Shown here in pieces: positions 62,075 through 64,000 of a stretch of DNA of 64,000 nucleotides. The DNA is from Gonapodya sp. JEL0774 (taxonomy: Eukaryota), in assembly GCA_027604505.1 (NCBI GenBank), contig JADIIX010000058.1:1-64000 (forward strand), written 5' to 3'. The position numbers were made by a program, and so were the translations under genes. The notes under the pieces were generated by a model that was not told where the DNA came from, made no database searches, and saw nothing but the letters and a program-made list of their open reading frames with translations. How positions within the stretch are numbered: position 1 is the stretch's first letter; the number at the start of each line of letters is the position of its first letter.

Positions 62075-64000
62075 ATGCTTCCAAACGATCGCCTTCTCGA
62101 AAGTTGCGAGGCGGCAGATCTGTCTGGCATACAAAAAGCTCTCCTCGACGGAGCGAAACCAAATGTCGCCAGGAAGACCATCACCCTGACCGTGCCGAAA
62201 CACAGCTCCACTTCGTCGGGGAAAAAGTCGGGTCTGGGTATGGGCATGGGGATGCTGGGTATGGGAATCGGGATGGGCGGTGACGAGGAACGAAGGGAAA
62301 TCGTTCAGATGGGAGAACCTGTCATCGTTCTCGCGACTCTCACAATGAGGGCGGATATCGTGCAATGTTTGTGTGAAGCTGGTGAGTGCTGGGATACGTT
62401 GTTGGAATTTACAAGAGGTGAAAACGATACGGGGGAAATGTGGACTTGTGCAGAGGAACGGTGAAGGATCTTCACCCGATCTCTCATGGGTTGACACGCT
62501 CCAGCCACGAAGAATTGGAAACGCAATAGAGATGATGAAGAAGCTCTTGGTCGGGAGGGGATTTTGATGGGAACCAACCACCCACTGCGTCTCCCCATAC
62601 TGTTTCTTCAATCACTCAAATTAGGTGCCGACCCGAACCTCCCTCTCTCCTGGTCCACTCCATCTTACGACCCTCACACTTCTCAATGGACATTTGTGCG
62701 CCACACTCTACCGTCTGCACTCGACCTCGCACTTTCTACACAGGGAACATTCAACAAACGGGGCGCCACCGTCAGGTTCGATTTGCCTGCACCATCTGCA
62801 TCAGCGGCAGCAGCTGCGGACATGATCGATGAGCTGACTCTCAACCCTGCGTTGGAAATTGTGCAAGCGCTCCTTGAAGGAGGCGTGCAAGTTCGGCGCC
62901 GGCATGTGCTGAGAGCAGAAGAGATTCGTCGAGGCGTGCTTGTGGGCGGGTCGGTGTTCCAGGCTGATGATTTTGCGGAGCTTCTAGAGGGGAGGTGGAA
63001 CGGTGACGAGGACGGCGAAGATGAGGATGAGGAGGGAGTTGGGGCAGTGGACCCAAACCTGGCGAATACGGACCAACAGGTGCGTGACGTGCTGATGGAG
63101 CATCTGGGCCGAAAAGTCGCCACCAGACGCCTGCGATGGCTTGCGAGTCGCTGAGCTCGTCGGGCGGTCGAGTTACTGAGATTGGCTGGTGAGACAGGCA
63201 AAGCTGTTGCATCAGTACTTGTCTCCCCCACTCTTCGTCTGCGACTTTCTCATATTCCGCCCCACCTGCTCGATACCAACCACGTTCTTACCCCCGCTTG
63301 CCACAGACTTCGTCGTCGCCCAAGCTTAACATACAAGGTCTCCTCTACCGTCCACCTTCCCTACCTCCCCGTCCAAATGCAGACCCACTCGCCGGTACAG
63401 TTGTCGACAGTACCCACGCCGCATCAAAGGAAGAGGAATGGGGCGCTAGTGTGCCTGGCAGGAGGTCATCGGCCAGAATGTCCTTGGAACTGCAACTTCA
63501 GGAGCTGGAATTGGAGACTGGACCTGATGTAGAGCCTGAGGGTGATCTTGACCCGGATTCAAAACCGGAAGAGCCTGTTTTCCCACACCCGCACCCTCCT
63601 CCATTGCTCGCACAGGGGAACAAGAAGAGCTTTCAAAGGATTGATTCGCTTGCAATTGCAGCGGAGATACTGCAGGGGCCGCCGCCTTCTTGGGAACTTC
63701 CTGATCGTGACCAGAACAGTCGACAAGAACATGAGGGCGTCGATACAGAGCATATCCCAGCGAATGAAACAGTGGCGTCAGTGATTATCCCACCGGATTC
63801 TTTTGTAGTCACGACCCCTGTGGACTCGTCACCGCCAGCTGCGAATTCGGAGGATCCTCTCAGCTCCGTCGGGACCCCTGTATCGTCAACTCCTCTTCAT
63901 CCACCACCATCGTCTCCTCTTTCAGATCTTGCCGCTCTTGGCGTATCACTGGCGCGTTTGGCATCTCTCGAGCGTGAACGAGAATCGTGGCTGGAGGATC
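62075..64000 (+). CDS. Ankyrin-repeat-like protein, 3' end outside the window
   Basis: NDRLLESCEAADLSGIQKALLDGAKPN, GEPVIVLATLTMRADIVQCLCEA|GADPN, SALDLAL and LEIVQALLEGG. Confidence 0.75.

Noticed and set aside
1..64000. CRISPR arrays, tRNA, rRNA and spliceosomal snRNA genes
   Set aside because: I found no regularly spaced repeat-spacer array, cloverleaf or snRNA signature by eye. Most other listed ORFs are antisense or alternate-frame shadows of GC-rich exons.

Overview
This is gene-dense, intron-rich eukaryotic DNA with short GT-AG introns (mostly 50-90 nt). Because of the splicing, the ORF track shows only exon fragments, so I rebuilt the gene models by hand. A centriole gene (rotatin) together with fungal-type genes (Mex67, Oca6, Cue5-like, heme lyase) suggests a flagellated, zoosporic early-diverging fungus; this is an inference. 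About 22 protein genes are supported: a Myb/SANT-like gene at the end of a probable PIF/Harbinger-type transposon, a CUE protein, RTTN, CRIPT, PP2C, RRP43, cytochrome c heme lyase, an unknown PB1-like/helical protein head-to-head with an LRAT/PLAAT-family gene, RPL30, an SDR, a secreted PQQ-type dehydrogenase, OCA6-like, a Na/Ca exchanger, USB1, a MARVEL-like protein, MEX67, AKTIP-like, a ~2000-aa disordered protein with a C-terminal RVxF module, a divergent globin ending in a CaaX box, a secreted EEP hydrolase, a C2H2 protein and a partial ankyrin-like gene. I found no tRNA, rRNA or CRISPR. The best leads are (1) a non-canonical, probably prenylated globin, (2) the LRAT + PB1/helical divergent gene pair, (3) the transposon end with a palindromic motif array, (4) the giant putative PP1-targeting protein, and (5) an unexplained duplicated hairpin element at about 26.65-26.81 kb. 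All family calls come from motif recognition by eye; no searches were run.
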